Assembly: GCA_035534715.1 (NCBI GenBank)
Contig: DATLRJ010000011.1
Location: 1-46,030, forward strand
DNA from: Acidimicrobiales bacterium
Lineage (GTDB): Bacteria; Actinomycetota; Acidimicrobiia; Acidimicrobiales; Bog-793
Reading direction: 5' to 3'
Length of the DNA stretch: 46,030 nucleotides
Below are positions 9,102 through 18,150 of the stretch, piece after piece. The position numbers and the translations under genes were made by a program. Each line of letters begins with the position of its first letter. The first letter of the stretch is position 1. Below the pieces are notes generated by a model. That model did not search any database and was not told where the DNA came from. It saw nothing but the letters and a program-made list of their open reading frames with translations.

Positions 9102-10306
9102 GCGCCGCTCGAACGCGGTGCGACGTCGTCGTGAGCGGCGGGGGCACGGCAGGCCACGTGCTACCGGCGATCACGGTGGCACGTGCCCTCGTCGACGCGG
9201 GGCATCCCGCGTCTGCGGTCCACTTCGTCGGCTCGGCCCGTGGCATGGAGTCGCGCCTCGTGCCCGAAGCCGGCTTCACCGTGACGCTGCTCCCCGGGCG
9301 GGGCATCGAGCGCTCGGTGTCGGCGCGCAGCGCGCGTGCGATCGCGGAGATGTGCGTCGCGACGGTGATGGCCGTCGCGGTGCTCGCTCGCTTGCGGCCG
9401 CTCGTCGTCGTCGCGGTCGCCGGTTACGCGAGCGTCCCCGGGGCCGTGGCGGCGTATCTCCTGCGGATCCCCGTCGTCGTCGTGAACATCGATTCGGTGC
9501 CCGGGGCGGCGAACCGACTCGTCGGCCGGTTCGCGGCGGCGAGCGCGGTCGCGTGGCCCGGCACCGACCTGCCGCGCGCCATCGTCACAGGGCCGCCCGT
9601 GCGCGCCGAGGTGCTCGCCGCAGACAGGAGCGCGACGGGCAGGGCGGCGGCCCGCGCCTCTCTCGGGATTGGCGCCGACCGCTTCGTCGTGCTCGTGACG
9701 GGCGGCTCGCTCGGAGCCCGATCGCTCAACGACGCGACGCTCGCGCTCGCGGCCGAGATCGCGGCGCGCGGCGATCTCGCGATCTATCACGTGTGCGGGG
9801 CCCGCGACCACGATCGGGTAGCGAGAGAGCGCCTAGCGCGCGCGCTCGACCCGGCCGGCGGCCTCGAATACACGGTCGTCGCCTACGAGGACGCGATGGC
9901 GACCGCGCTCGCGGCGTGCGACGTCGTGGTCGCACGAGCCGGAGCGTCCACGCTCGCGGAGATCTGCTCGGTCGGGGTCGCGTCCGTTCTCGTTCCGCTG
10001 CCGGGCGCGCCGTCGGACCACCAGAGGCGCAATGCCGAGATCCTTGTCGACGCCGGCGCCGCGATCGTCGTCGACGACTCGTCGCTCGACGGTCATGGCC
10101 TCGCGTCGATCGTCGAGTCGCTTGCGGACGACGGAGCGCGTCTGGCGCGCATGGGGGAGCGCGCTCGCTCCCTCGCGCCGGACGACGGCGCGGCCCGCAT
10201 CGCGGCCGTGATCGACGGCGTCGCCGGCCACACCCGGCGAGTGCGGGGGGACCGCGGCGGGCACGCCGGCGAGAGCGGCGAGATCTCTCGGCGTGGGGCC
10301 CGATGA
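9098..10306 (+). CDS. murG: UDP-N-acetylglucosamine--N-acetylmuramyl-(pentapeptide) pyrophosphoryl-undecaprenol GlcNAc transferase
   Basis: Lies inside track ORF 8750..10306. ATG 9098 overlaps the ftsW stop (ATGA). It has the G-loop VVSGGGTAGHVLPAI and a C-terminal ..ARAGASTLAE..P.P...DHQ..NA motif. Confidence 0.9.
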   Translation: MSAARTRCDVVVSGGGTAGHVLPAITVARALVDAGHPASAVHFVGSARGMESRLVPEAGFTVTLLPGRGIERSVSARSARAIAEMCVATVMAVAVLARLRPLVVVAVAGYASVPGAVAAYLLRIPVVVVNIDSVPGAANRLVGRFAAASAVAWPGTDLPRAIVTGPPVRAEVLAADRSATGRAAARASLGIGADRFVVLVTGGSLGARSLNDATLALAAEIAARGDLAIYHVCGARDHDRVARERLARALDPAGGLEYTVVAYEDAMATALAACDVVVARAGASTLAEICSVGVASVLVPLPGAPSDHQRRNAEILVDAGAAIVVDDSSLDGHGLASIVESLADDGARLARMGERARSLAPDDGAARIAAVIDGVAGHTRRVRGDRGGHAGESGEISRRGAR

Positions 10307-11667
10307 CCGCGCTCGACCTGTCGGCTCGCCGGCGCGTGCACATCGTCGGTATCGGCGGGGCGGGCATGAGCGCGATCGCTGCGGTGCTCGTCGCGATGGG
10401 TCACGAGGTCACCGGGAGCGACCTCAAGGGTGGCCCGGCGATCGACCGGCTCCGCTCGATCGGCGTCACGGTCGCGGTCGGTCACGATGGCGCGAACCTC
10501 CCGCCCGCCGATGTCCTCGCGTGCTCGACGGCGATCCCGTCGAGCAATCCCGAGGTGCTCGAGGCACGCCGCCGGGGGACGGCGGTCGCCACCCGGGCAG
10601 AGACTCTCGCGGCGATCGCAGCGTTGCGCCGGAGCGTCGCCGTGTCCGGGACCCACGGGAAGACGACGACGAGCTCGATGCTCGCACTCGTTCTCGTGGA
10701 CGCGGAGCTGCGACCCTCGTTCCTCATCGGTGGTGACGTGAACCAGATCGGGACGAACGCGGTGTGGGACACAGGCGATTGGCTCGTCGTCGAGGCCGAC
10801 GAGAGCGACGGGACGTTCCTCGCTCTCGAGCCGGAGATCGCGCTCGTGACGAGCATCGAAGCGGACCACCTCGACCACTACGGATCCCTGGACGCGCTCG
10901 AGCACGCGTTCCAGACCTTCCTCGGCGGCGCGAGGTCCGCGATCGTCTGCGCGGACGATCCCGCCGCGATGCGGCTCGCGCCGAGTGGCGCCCTCACGTA
11001 CGGCTTCTCGGAGTCCGCCGCGCTACGGATCACCGGCCTCACAGGCGGGAGGAGCGACATCTCGTTCTCGCTGTCGCGCGACGGAGACGAGCTCGGCACC
11101 CTCGCGCTCCCCGTCCCCGGCGCGCACAACGCCGCCAACGCCGCCGCAGCCGTCGCCGCAGCGTCGGTCGTCGGCGTCGGATTCGGCACGGCGCAGCGCG
11201 CCCTCTCTCGTTTCGGGGGTGTCGCGCGACGCTTCGAGTTCCGGGGCGAGGCGCGTGGCGTGAGCTTCGTCGACGACTACGCACACCTTCCGGGAGAGAT
11301 CGCCGCCACGCTCGCCGCGGCGCGGCGCGGCGGCTGGCGCCGTATCGTCTGCGTGTTCCAACCGCACCGGTATTCGAGGGTCGCCGCGCTCGCGGGCGAC
11401 TTCGCGAGTTCCTTCGTCGACGCCGACATCGTCGTCCTCGCGAGCGTGTACCCGGCAGGGGAGGCGCCGCGTCCCGGGATCTCGTCGAAACTCGTGCTCG
11501 ATGCGCTCCTCGACGCGCACCCGACGACGCGCGCCGCCTACCTCCCCGAGCGCGCCGATCTCGTTGCATACCTCCGGCGAGTCCTCGAACCGGGTGACTG
11601 CTGCCTCACGCTAGGAGCGGGCGATCTGACGACCTTGCCGGACGAGCTGATGGCGGAGCTCTCGTGA
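10303..11667 (+). CDS. murC: UDP-N-acetylmuramate--L-alanine ligase
   Basis: Lies inside track ORF 8956..11667. ATG 10303 overlaps the murG stop. It has HIVGIGGAGMSAIA and the P-loop VSGTHGKTTTSSM. Confidence 0.92.
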   Translation: MTALDLSARRRVHIVGIGGAGMSAIAAVLVAMGHEVTGSDLKGGPAIDRLRSIGVTVAVGHDGANLPPADVLACSTAIPSSNPEVLEARRRGTAVATRAETLAAIAALRRSVAVSGTHGKTTTSSMLALVLVDAELRPSFLIGGDVNQIGTNAVWDTGDWLVVEADESDGTFLALEPEIALVTSIEADHLDHYGSLDALEHAFQTFLGGARSAIVCADDPAAMRLAPSGALTYGFSESAALRITGLTGGRSDISFSLSRDGDELGTLALPVPGAHNAANAAAAVAAASVVGVGFGTAQRALSRFGGVARRFEFRGEARGVSFVDDYAHLPGEIAATLAAARRGGWRRIVCVFQPHRYSRVAALAGDFASSFVDADIVVLASVYPAGEAPRPGISSKLVLDALLDAHPTTRAAYLPERADLVAYLRRVLEPGDCCLTLGAGDLTTLPDELMAELS

Positions 11668-12617
11668 GCAGTGCTGCGCCGCGCCACGCCACGAGCACAG
11701 ACGTCCGCGGCCGAGTCGCTCACGCGGCCAGGCTGCTCGGCGAGCGTGCCACCGCCGGGGAGCCCCTCGGGCCCCGCACGACCTACCGCGTCGGCGGGAG
11801 CGCCGCGCTCTTCGTCGCGGCGGCCGACGAGGCAGAGCTCGCCACAGTATCGGCCGTGATCGCCGAGAGCGGGGTCGACGTCCTCGTCGTCGGCAACGGG
11901 TCGAATCTCCTCGTCCCCGACGGCGGCTACGCGGGTCTCGCTGTCGCGCTCCTGAGCGCGTTCGCCGATCTACAGATCGACCGCGACGCGGGCACGATCT
12001 CCGCCGGCGCCGCGGTCGCCTACCCCGTGCTCGCACGCCAGAGCGCCGCGGCGGGGCTCACGGGAATGGAGTGGGCGGTCGGGATCCCCGGATCGGTCGG
12101 TGGCGCCGTGGCGATGAACGCCGGTGGCCACGGAGCGTCGACTTCGGACCGGCTCCTCGAGGCGCGCGTGCTCGATCTCTCGACCGGCATGACGCGCACC
12201 GCGGGGCCCGCGGAGCTCGACCTTTCCTACCGGCACTCCAACATCGGGCCTCGCGAGATCGTGCTCGGCGCCGTGTTCGCGTGCGAGCGGGGCGACCCCG
12301 GTGCCGCGAGCGCGGCCGTCGCGTCGATCGTGCGCTGGCGCCGCGAGCACCAGCCCGGCGGGCGCAACGCCGGCTCGGTGTTCACGAACCCGCCGGGAGA
12401 CTCAGCGGGCCGCCTCGTCGATGCCGCCGGGCTGAAGGGGATGCGGGTGCGCTCGGCCGTGGTCTCGGAGAAGCACGCGAACTTCATCCAGGTCGACCCC
12501 GACGGCTCGGCGGACGACGTGCTCGAGCTCGTCGAGCTCGTGCGGACCGCCGTCGCCGAACGCACGGGGGTCGTGCTCGCGACCGAGCTCCGCGTCGCGG
12601 GGCGACGAGACCGGTGA
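11664..12617 (+). CDS. murB: UDP-N-acetylenolpyruvoylglucosamine reductase
   Basis: Track ORF 11664..12617, with GTG overlapping the murC stop. It has FAD-binding MurB motifs TYRVGG, GNGSNLLV and AGSVFTNP, and a C-terminal ..KHANFI... Confidence 0.88.
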   Translation: MSSAAPRHATSTDVRGRVAHAARLLGERATAGEPLGPRTTYRVGGSAALFVAAADEAELATVSAVIAESGVDVLVVGNGSNLLVPDGGYAGLAVALLSAFADLQIDRDAGTISAGAAVAYPVLARQSAAAGLTGMEWAVGIPGSVGGAVAMNAGGHGASTSDRLLEARVLDLSTGMTRTAGPAELDLSYRHSNIGPREIVLGAVFACERGDPGAASAAVASIVRWRREHQPGGRNAGSVFTNPPGDSAGRLVDAAGLKGMRVRSAVVSEKHANFIQVDPDGSADDVLELVELVRTAVAERTGVVLATELRVAGRRDR

Positions 12618-13414
12618 CCGTGACGGTCGACCGTCCGGGCGAGGCCCGGAGACCGCCAAGCGGGCGGAGCGATCCGCGCATGCGCGCGCGCACTGCCGAG
12701 GTCGCTCGAGCTGCGGGGAAGCGCCGCTTGCGCCGGATCCTCGTCGCCGGCGCCGTCGCGGCGCTCGTGGCCCTTGGTATCGCGGCGGTTCACTCGCCTC
12801 TGCTCGCGGCGCGTGACGTGACGGTGACGGGCAGCCGGCACACGCCGATAGCGGAGGTGCTCGCGGTCACCGGGCTCGACCGGCGGCCACCCCTCGTCGA
12901 CGTCAGCGACGCCGCCGACGCGTCGACGCTCGAGCGGCTGCCCTGGATCGCGCGAGCGACGGTCACTCGACACCTTCCGTCGTCGGTCCACGTCGCGATC
13001 GTCGAGCGCCATCCAATCGCCGAGGTCGCGGCCGGCACGGGGTCGTACGCGCTCGTCGACGCGACCGGGCGGGTGCTCGAGTACACGGCCGCACGGGTCG
13101 GCGCCCTCGCGCTCGTCGTCGGGGTCCCCGCGCTGCCGGCGCCCGGCGGATCGCTCGCGGCGCGCGACCACCCAGCGCTCGCCGCCGCGGCCGCGGTGCC
13201 GGTGAGCCTGCTCGCGCGGGTCGCGTCGGTGTCGGTCTCGCCCGGGGGGGAGCTCACCATGGACCTCGTCGGCGGTGCGGTCGTCGACCTCGGCTCGGCG
13301 GGTGATCTCCGCCAGAAGATGGTGTCGCTCGCGACGCTGCTCGCACGCGTCCCGCTGTCGGGCGTGCGGACGATCGACCTACGCGTCGCGGCGGATCCGC
13401 TCTTGACCACCTGA
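12614..13414 (+). CDS. ftsQ: Cell division protein FtsQ (POTRA domain, single TM)
   Basis: Lies inside track ORF 12071..13414. GTG 12614 overlaps the murB stop. A TM (ILVAGAVAALVALGIAAV) is followed by the POTRA-like VTVTGSRHTPIAEVLAVTGL. It sits between murB and ftsZ. Confidence 0.7.
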   Translation: MTVTVDRPGEARRPPSGRSDPRMRARTAEVARAAGKRRLRRILVAGAVAALVALGIAAVHSPLLAARDVTVTGSRHTPIAEVLAVTGLDRRPPLVDVSDAADASTLERLPWIARATVTRHLPSSVHVAIVERHPIAEVAAGTGSYALVDATGRVLEYTAARVGALALVVGVPALPAPGGSLAARDHPALAAAAAVPVSLLARVASVSVSPGGELTMDLVGGAVVDLGSAGDLRQKMVSLATLLARVPLSGVRTIDLRVAADPLLTT

Positions 13415-13514
13415 TGACCCGGCCCTATCGTTCCAGGCGTTCCGGTCGCTGAGGTGCTTCAGCAGCCCGCTCTGGAGCTCGGGAGTCAGGTGCGAACGGT
13501 GGCGTCGAGCCAGC

Positions 13515-13532
13515 CCGGACCGGCAGGTCCGG
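13515..13532 (+). promoter_or_regulatory. 7-bp perfect hairpin CCGGACC-GGCA-GGTCCGG in the ftsQ-ftsZ spacer
   Basis: It was seen directly in the 222-nt untranslated spacer upstream of ftsZ. Confidence 0.3.
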
Positions 13533-13636
13533 CTATCGGCACGGACCTCGGCAGCGCGTTCCCGGGCGAGGACGCCGCGTGACAGCGGTCGCGGAGCTGG
13601 TGCCCACCGAGCTCTAGGTAGGGAGGCGGGGCCGAT

Positions 13637-14737
13637 ATGAGCGGCGCATCGCAGAGCTTCATCGCAGTCATCAAGGTGGTCGGCGTCGGCGGCGCGGGAG
13701 TGAACGCGGTCAATAGGATGATCGACGCGGGGCTTCGAGGCGTCGAGTTCATCGCCGTCAACACCGACGCCCAAGCGCTCCTCATGAGCGAGGCGGACAT
13801 CAAGCTCGACATAGGCCGCCAGCTCACTCGCGGGCTCGGCGCCGGGAGCGATCCCGAGGTCGGGCGAGCCGCCGCCGAGGAGCACCTCGAGGAGATCGAG
13901 GAGGTGCTGAAGGGCGCGGACATGGTCTTCATCACCGCGGGCAAGGGTGGTGGCACCGGTACGGGCGCTGCGCCTGTCATCGCCGAGGTTGCCCGACGGC
14001 TCGGCGCGCTGACCATCGGGGTCGTGACGCGTCCGTTCGCCTTCGAAGGTCGCCGTCGATCGGTCCAGGCGGAGCAGGGGATCCAGCGCTTGAAAGAGGC
14101 TGTCGACACCCTGATCATCATCCCGAACGAGCGCCTCCTCTCGCTCGCAGACGCGAAGACCTCGATGGTCGACGCGTTCAAGATGGCCGACGAGGTGCTG
14201 CTCCAGGGCGTGCAGGGGATCACCGACCTCATCAACGTGCCCGGCCTGATCAACACGGACTTCGCAGACGTGAAGATGGTCATGAGCAACGCCGGCACGG
14301 CGATCATGGGGATCGGGTCCGCGTCTGGCGAGGCGCGTGGCGTGAACGCGGCGAAGCACGCGATCACGAGCCCGCTCCTCGAGGCGTCGATAGAGGGGGC
14401 GCGCGGGATCCTCCTCAACATCGCGGGTGGGCCGAACCTCGGGCTGTTCGAGGTGAACGAGGCTGCCGAGACGATCCACGCGGTCGCCCATCCCGATGCG
14501 AACATCATCTTCGGCAGCGTCATCGACGACGCGCTCGGCGAGACGGTGCGCGTGACCGTGATCGCGGCCGGCTTCGACCGCTGGGACGACCGCTCCGCGT
14601 CGGCCGCGGTCGCCGGGCAGGACGTCGCTCCGGCCGACGGTCGCCGGAGCACTGCGGCGGTGGACGTCTTCGCCGTCGGCGGGGACGACATCGACCTCGG
14701 CGACGACGACTTCGACGTGCCGTCCTTCCTCAAGTAG
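13637..14737 (+). CDS. ftsZ: Cell division GTPase FtsZ
   Basis: Track ORF 13637..14737. The RBS GGGAGG lies about 10 nt upstream. It has [13 protein letters not shown] and the tubulin signature [13 protein letters not shown], plus the C-terminal [11 protein letters not shown] peptide. Confidence 0.97.
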   Translation: MSGASQSFIAVIKVVGVGGAGVNAVNRMIDAGLRGVEFIAVNTDAQALLMSEADIKLDIGRQLTRGLGAGSDPEVGRAAAEEHLEEIEEVLKGADMVFITAGKGGGTGTGAAPVIAEVARRLGALTIGVVTRPFAFEGRRRSVQAEQGIQRLKEAVDTLIIIPNERLLSLADAKTSMVDAFKMADEVLLQGVQGITDLINVPGLINTDFADVKMVMSNAGTAIMGIGSASGEARGVNAAKHAITSPLLEASIEGARGILLNIAGGPNLGLFEVNEAAETIHAVAHPDANIIFGSVIDDALGETVRVTVIAAGFDRWDDRSASAAVAGQDVAPADGRRSTAAVDVFAVGGDDIDLGDDDFDVPSFLK

Positions 14738-14783
14738 CGCGGGTCTGCCGACCGAGGCCGCGATCACGGGCACGGATGCTCGC

Positions 14784-15449
14784 GTGCTCGTCACGGACCG
14801 GGCCGACGGGGACGCCCGACCCCCGGTGCGATCGTCGTCTCGTCGCACGGCGCCGGGCGCGCCCGCCGCGGGCGCGGGCGCCACGCCTGCGTGGACGCTT
14901 GTCCGGCAGGTACACGGCGATCACGTCGTCGTGGTGACGGCGCCCTCGGGCCCGCTCGCCGTCGACGCGGACGCGATCGTCACGATGGCCCCTCTCACGC
15001 CTCTCGCCGTGCTCGGAGCCGACTGCGCCCTCCTCGGCCTCGCGAGCGCCGAGGGGCCGATCGCGGCTGTCCACGCGGGCTGGCGCGGCGCGCTCGGTGG
15101 GGTCGTCGAGCGCGCGGTCGACGCGATGCGAGCTCTCGGGGCCGTGGAGATCTCCGCGGTGCTCGGACCGTGCATACACGCGGAGTGCTACGAGTTCGGA
15201 GAGGGCGACCTCGACGTCGTCGCGGCGAGCTTCGGCGACGTCGTCCGATCGGCGACCGCGTCGGGTCGGCCCTCCCTCGACCTGCCGAAGGTCGTCGAGC
15301 GCTCGCTCGCTCGCGCCGGCGTCCCCGCGCCGAGGGAGATCGGTGCGTGCACCTCGTGCGACCGCCGGTGGTACTCGCATCGCGCCCGGGCGGAGACCGG
15401 GCGGCACGCGCTCGTGATCTCGCGGGGGCAGGCGGGCGAGGTCGCGTGA
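14784..15449 (+). CDS. pgeF: YfiH/PgeF (DUF152) purine nucleoside phosphorylase / peptidoglycan editing factor family
   Basis: Track ORF 14784..15449. It has QVHGDHVV, GADC, HAGWRG and CTSC..WYSHR motifs. It occupies the conserved slot after ftsZ in Actinobacteria. Confidence 0.8.
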   Translation: MLVTDRADGDARPPVRSSSRRTAPGAPAAGAGATPAWTLVRQVHGDHVVVVTAPSGPLAVDADAIVTMAPLTPLAVLGADCALLGLASAEGPIAAVHAGWRGALGGVVERAVDAMRALGAVEISAVLGPCIHAECYEFGEGDLDVVAASFGDVVRSATASGRPSLDLPKVVERSLARAGVPAPREIGACTSCDRRWYSHRARAETGRHALVISRGQAGEVA

Positions 15450-16135
15450 TGGTCGAGCTCGGCGCAGGCGTCCCGGCAGGTCTCGAGCGCATCCGAGAGC
15501 GGATCCGGGCCGCAGGAGGAGATCCCGCCCGGGTACGGGTCGTCGCGGTGACGAAGGGTTTCGGCGTCGCAGCCGTGCGTGCCGCTCTCGCCGGCGGCCT
15601 TGCCGACCTCGGCGAGAACTACGCGGAGGAGCTCGTCGCGAAAGCGGGCGAGCTCGCAGCAGATAGCGACAGCCCTCCCCGGTGGCACTACCTCGGCGCG
15701 ATCCAGCGCAACAAGGTCGCCCGTCTCGCTCCTCACGTCGCTCTCTGGCAGGGCGTCGACAGAGTCGAGGAGGGCGCCGCGATAGCGAGGCACGCGCCAG
15801 GCGCGTCGGTGCTCGTCGAGGTCGACTCGGCAGGCATTGCCGGCCGCGGCGGCGTCGCGCCGCGCGACGTGGGCGGTCTCGTGGGCGCGCTGCACGCATA
15901 TGACCTATCGGTGAGCGGGCTGATGACGGTGGCCCCGCCGCTCGCATCGGGCGCGACCCGCGTCGAGCGCGCGTTCGACCTGGTCGCTCAGTTGAGGGAG
16001 GATCTCGGCCTTGACGAGGCGTCGATGGGAATGTCCGACGACCTCGAGCTCGCGGTCGAACGCGGGGCGACGATTGTCCGGGTCGGACGGGCGCTGTTCG
16101 GTCCGCGACCGATGGCGCCGCCGGTGCCACAATAG
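15449..16135 (+). CDS. yggS: YggS-family pyridoxal-phosphate homeostasis protein
   Basis: Lies inside track ORF 14891..16135. ATG 15449 (or GTG 15446) abuts the pgeF stop. It has the PLP lysine motif VVAVTKG and WHYLGAIQRNK. Confidence 0.85.
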   Translation: MVELGAGVPAGLERIRERIRAAGGDPARVRVVAVTKGFGVAAVRAALAGGLADLGENYAEELVAKAGELAADSDSPPRWHYLGAIQRNKVARLAPHVALWQGVDRVEEGAAIARHAPGASVLVEVDSAGIAGRGGVAPRDVGGLVGALHAYDLSVSGLMTVAPPLASGATRVERAFDLVAQLREDLGLDEASMGMSDDLELAVERGATIVRVGRALFGPRPMAPPVPQ

Positions 16136-16150
16136 AGTGCTCCGAGGAAG

Positions 16151-16699
16151 GTGGTCATGGCGACGTTCATAGACAAGGCACTGACGTACCTCGGACTCAA
16201 GGACGTAGAGGACGAGGAGCTCTACGCCGGCGAGTACGAGGACGTGGCCGATCACGCCGCGCAGAGGTTCGCGAGCACCGTCTACCCCGAAGGCGACTAC
16301 GACGAGCCTGTCGAGCGCTCCTCGCACGCGAGCACGCTCCGACCGCTCGTGACCGCGACGCGCGAGCCGGTCACGGCCACGCAGACCGCGGTCGTCCGCC
16401 CGCTCGTGCCGTCGCGCCCGAGCGCGGCGAAGGTCCACGTCGTGGCCCCCGCACGCTTCCCCGACGCGCAGGAGATCGGCGACCTCGTGAAGCAGAGCCA
16501 CCCGGTCATCGTGAACCTCCAGCTCTCAGAGCGCGACCTCTCGCGCCGGATGATCGACTTCTGCTCCGGTCTCACCTACGCTCTCGGCGGGTCGATGGAG
16601 CGTGTCGCAGACCAGGTGTTCCTCCTCACGCCCTCGAACGTCGAGGTGTCGCCCGAGGAGCGCATGCGACTTCAGGAGCGTGGGCTGTTCCGGTCCTGA
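16151..16699 (+). CDS. sepF: Cell division protein SepF
   Basis: Track ORF 16151..16699. It has an N-terminal amphipathic MATFIDKALTYLGL and a C-terminal SepF core (..AQEIGDLVKQSHPVIVNL..RMIDFCSGLTYALGG..). ATG 16157 is an alternative start. Confidence 0.85.
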   Translation: MVMATFIDKALTYLGLKDVEDEELYAGEYEDVADHAAQRFASTVYPEGDYDEPVERSSHASTLRPLVTATREPVTATQTAVVRPLVPSRPSAAKVHVVAPARFPDAQEIGDLVKQSHPVIVNLQLSERDLSRRMIDFCSGLTYALGGSMERVADQVFLLTPSNVEVSPEERMRLQERGLFRS

Positions 16700-16749
16700 G
16701 GCCCGCGGGCCGCGTCCTGGCGAGTCGGCATCGTGGCGGGGAGCGCTAG

Positions 16750-17013
16750 ATGATCGTCCGCGTGATCGTCGACGTCATCCAGCTCTACATCGTCCTTCTC
16801 TTCGCGCGCCTCATCGCGTCGTGGTTCCCCGTCGACCCGTGGTCGCGCTGGGCGCGGATGATCCGGGCCCTCGCGCGGATCACCGACCCCGTCCTCACGC
16901 CCATCCGCCGGATCATGCCGCCACTGCGCCTCGGCGGGACGGCGATCGACCTCTCCCCGATCGTGCTGTTCTTCGTGCTCGAGATCATCCTCAGCATCCT
17001 GCAGTTCCACTGA
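16750..17013 (+). CDS. yggT: YggT-family membrane protein
   Basis: Track ORF 16750..17013. It is an 87-aa two-TM protein with ..LLFARLIASWF.. and ..ITDPVLTPIRRIMPP..G.DLSPIV.. typical of YggT. Confidence 0.8.
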   Translation: MIVRVIVDVIQLYIVLLFARLIASWFPVDPWSRWARMIRALARITDPVLTPIRRIMPPLRLGGTAIDLSPIVLFFVLEIILSILQFH

Positions 17014-17100
17014 GAGGTCACAGCGCCGGACGCGTCTCGGCGCGTCTCCTGCGTGGAAGGTATCCACGGTTCGGACTGCAGCCGGAGGTACCATCGGCGC

Positions 17101-18150
17101 ATGGAGATCTCCGGGAAGAGCCTGCGCGAGGTGGAGTTCCGGGACCGGCTCCGGGGCTACGACACAGACGAGGTCGACGAGTTCCTCGAGAAGGTCGCGA
17201 TCGCTGTCGACGAGATGCAGGCCGAGCTCGCACGCCTCTCGAGCCGCGGCGCCGCGCCGGCTCGCCCGGTGGAGGAGCCCCCGGTGTTCGACGACGACAG
17301 CATCCGCCGGACGCTCGTCCTCGCGCAGCGCACGGCCGACCTCGCGGTGAGCGAGGCGCGCGAGGAGGCCGACCGCCTCCTCGAGGCGGCGCGCGCGCAG
17401 TCCGAGACGGTGCTCGCCCAGGCTCACGAGGCCGTCCGGCGTCTGCGCGACGACGCCGAGCAGGAGCTCCACGAGCGTGTCCGCCGGCTCGAGCTCGAGC
17501 GCGAGCGTCTCGAGAGAGAGGCCGGAGCGCTCGCCGCGCTCCTCGAAGGTGAGCGTGCACGTCTTACCGACAGCTTGACCACGGCGCTGCGGTTCGTCGA
17601 GGACTCGCTCGCAGTGCCCGCGGACCTCGCGCGAGCCGCAGACTCGCGTCGCGGGTCCGAGCTCGCCGGAGCGGGACGACCCGGCGAGCTCACGTCCGGC
17701 CTAGCACGCGACGATGGCATCGCCGGGGGTGGCATCGGCGGGGGTGGCATCGGCGGGGGTGGCATCGCCGGCGGCGAGGTCGCGGATGACGACGGCGCAG
17801 ATGACGAGGGCCCAATCGTCGACGTCGCGAGGCCGCGGGACGACGTCGCCCCGTTCGCGCCGCCGCCCTTCGAGATCCCCGACGTCGAGGCAGAGATCGA
17901 CGCGGACGCCGCGACGGCGGTGCGCCCGGACCCCTCACCCGGGTCGGCGCGCGCCTCCGAGGGGTCGCCGCGCCTCGACTGGCCGCCGTCCGCGTCGTCG
18001 TCCGTCCCCGCGCTCGACGCGGACGAGGCGCTGTGGGCGCGGTGGGCGTCCGGGGGGTCGATCGACGGTCCGCCCGCGACGCGCGACGGGCCCGACGCCG
18101 ACAACATGCTGCGCTTCGACAGATCTCCGGGCGGGCGCCCCGCCTCCTAG
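17101..18150 (+). CDS. divIVA: DivIVA/Wag31 polar growth and division protein
   Basis: Lies inside track ORF 17053..18150. ATG 17101 is preceded by GGAGG. The N-terminal DivIVA domain is SLREVEFRDRLRGYDTDEVDEFLEKV, followed by coiled coil and then a Gly-rich repeat and an acidic/Pro-rich tail. Confidence 0.85.
   Translation: MEISGKSLREVEFRDRLRGYDTDEVDEFLEKVAIAVDEMQAELARLSSRGAAPARPVEEPPVFDDDSIRRTLVLAQRTADLAVSEAREEADRLLEAARAQSETVLAQAHEAVRRLRDDAEQELHERVRRLELERERLEREAGALAALLEGERARLTDSLTTALRFVEDSLAVPADLARAADSRRGSELAGAGRPGELTSGLARDDGIAGGGIGGGGIGGGGIAGGEVADDDGADDEGPIVDVARPRDDVAPFAPPPFEIPDVEAEIDADAATAVRPDPSPGSARASEGSPRLDWPPSASSSVPALDADEALWARWASGGSIDGPPATRDGPDADNMLRFDRSPGGRPAS
17716..17775 (+). repeat. 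15-bp tandem repeat x4 (GGCATCGSCGGGGGT) inside divIVA
   Basis: Copies at 17716, 17731, 17746 and 17761, the outer ones slightly diverged. They are in frame and encode GIAGGGIGGGGIGGGGIAGG. Confidence 0.9.

Noticed and set aside
13379-14884. 501-aa and 415-aa minus-strand ORFs antisense to ftsZ
   Set aside because: ftsZ on the plus strand is unambiguous. The antisense products are low-complexity and Arg/Pro-rich.
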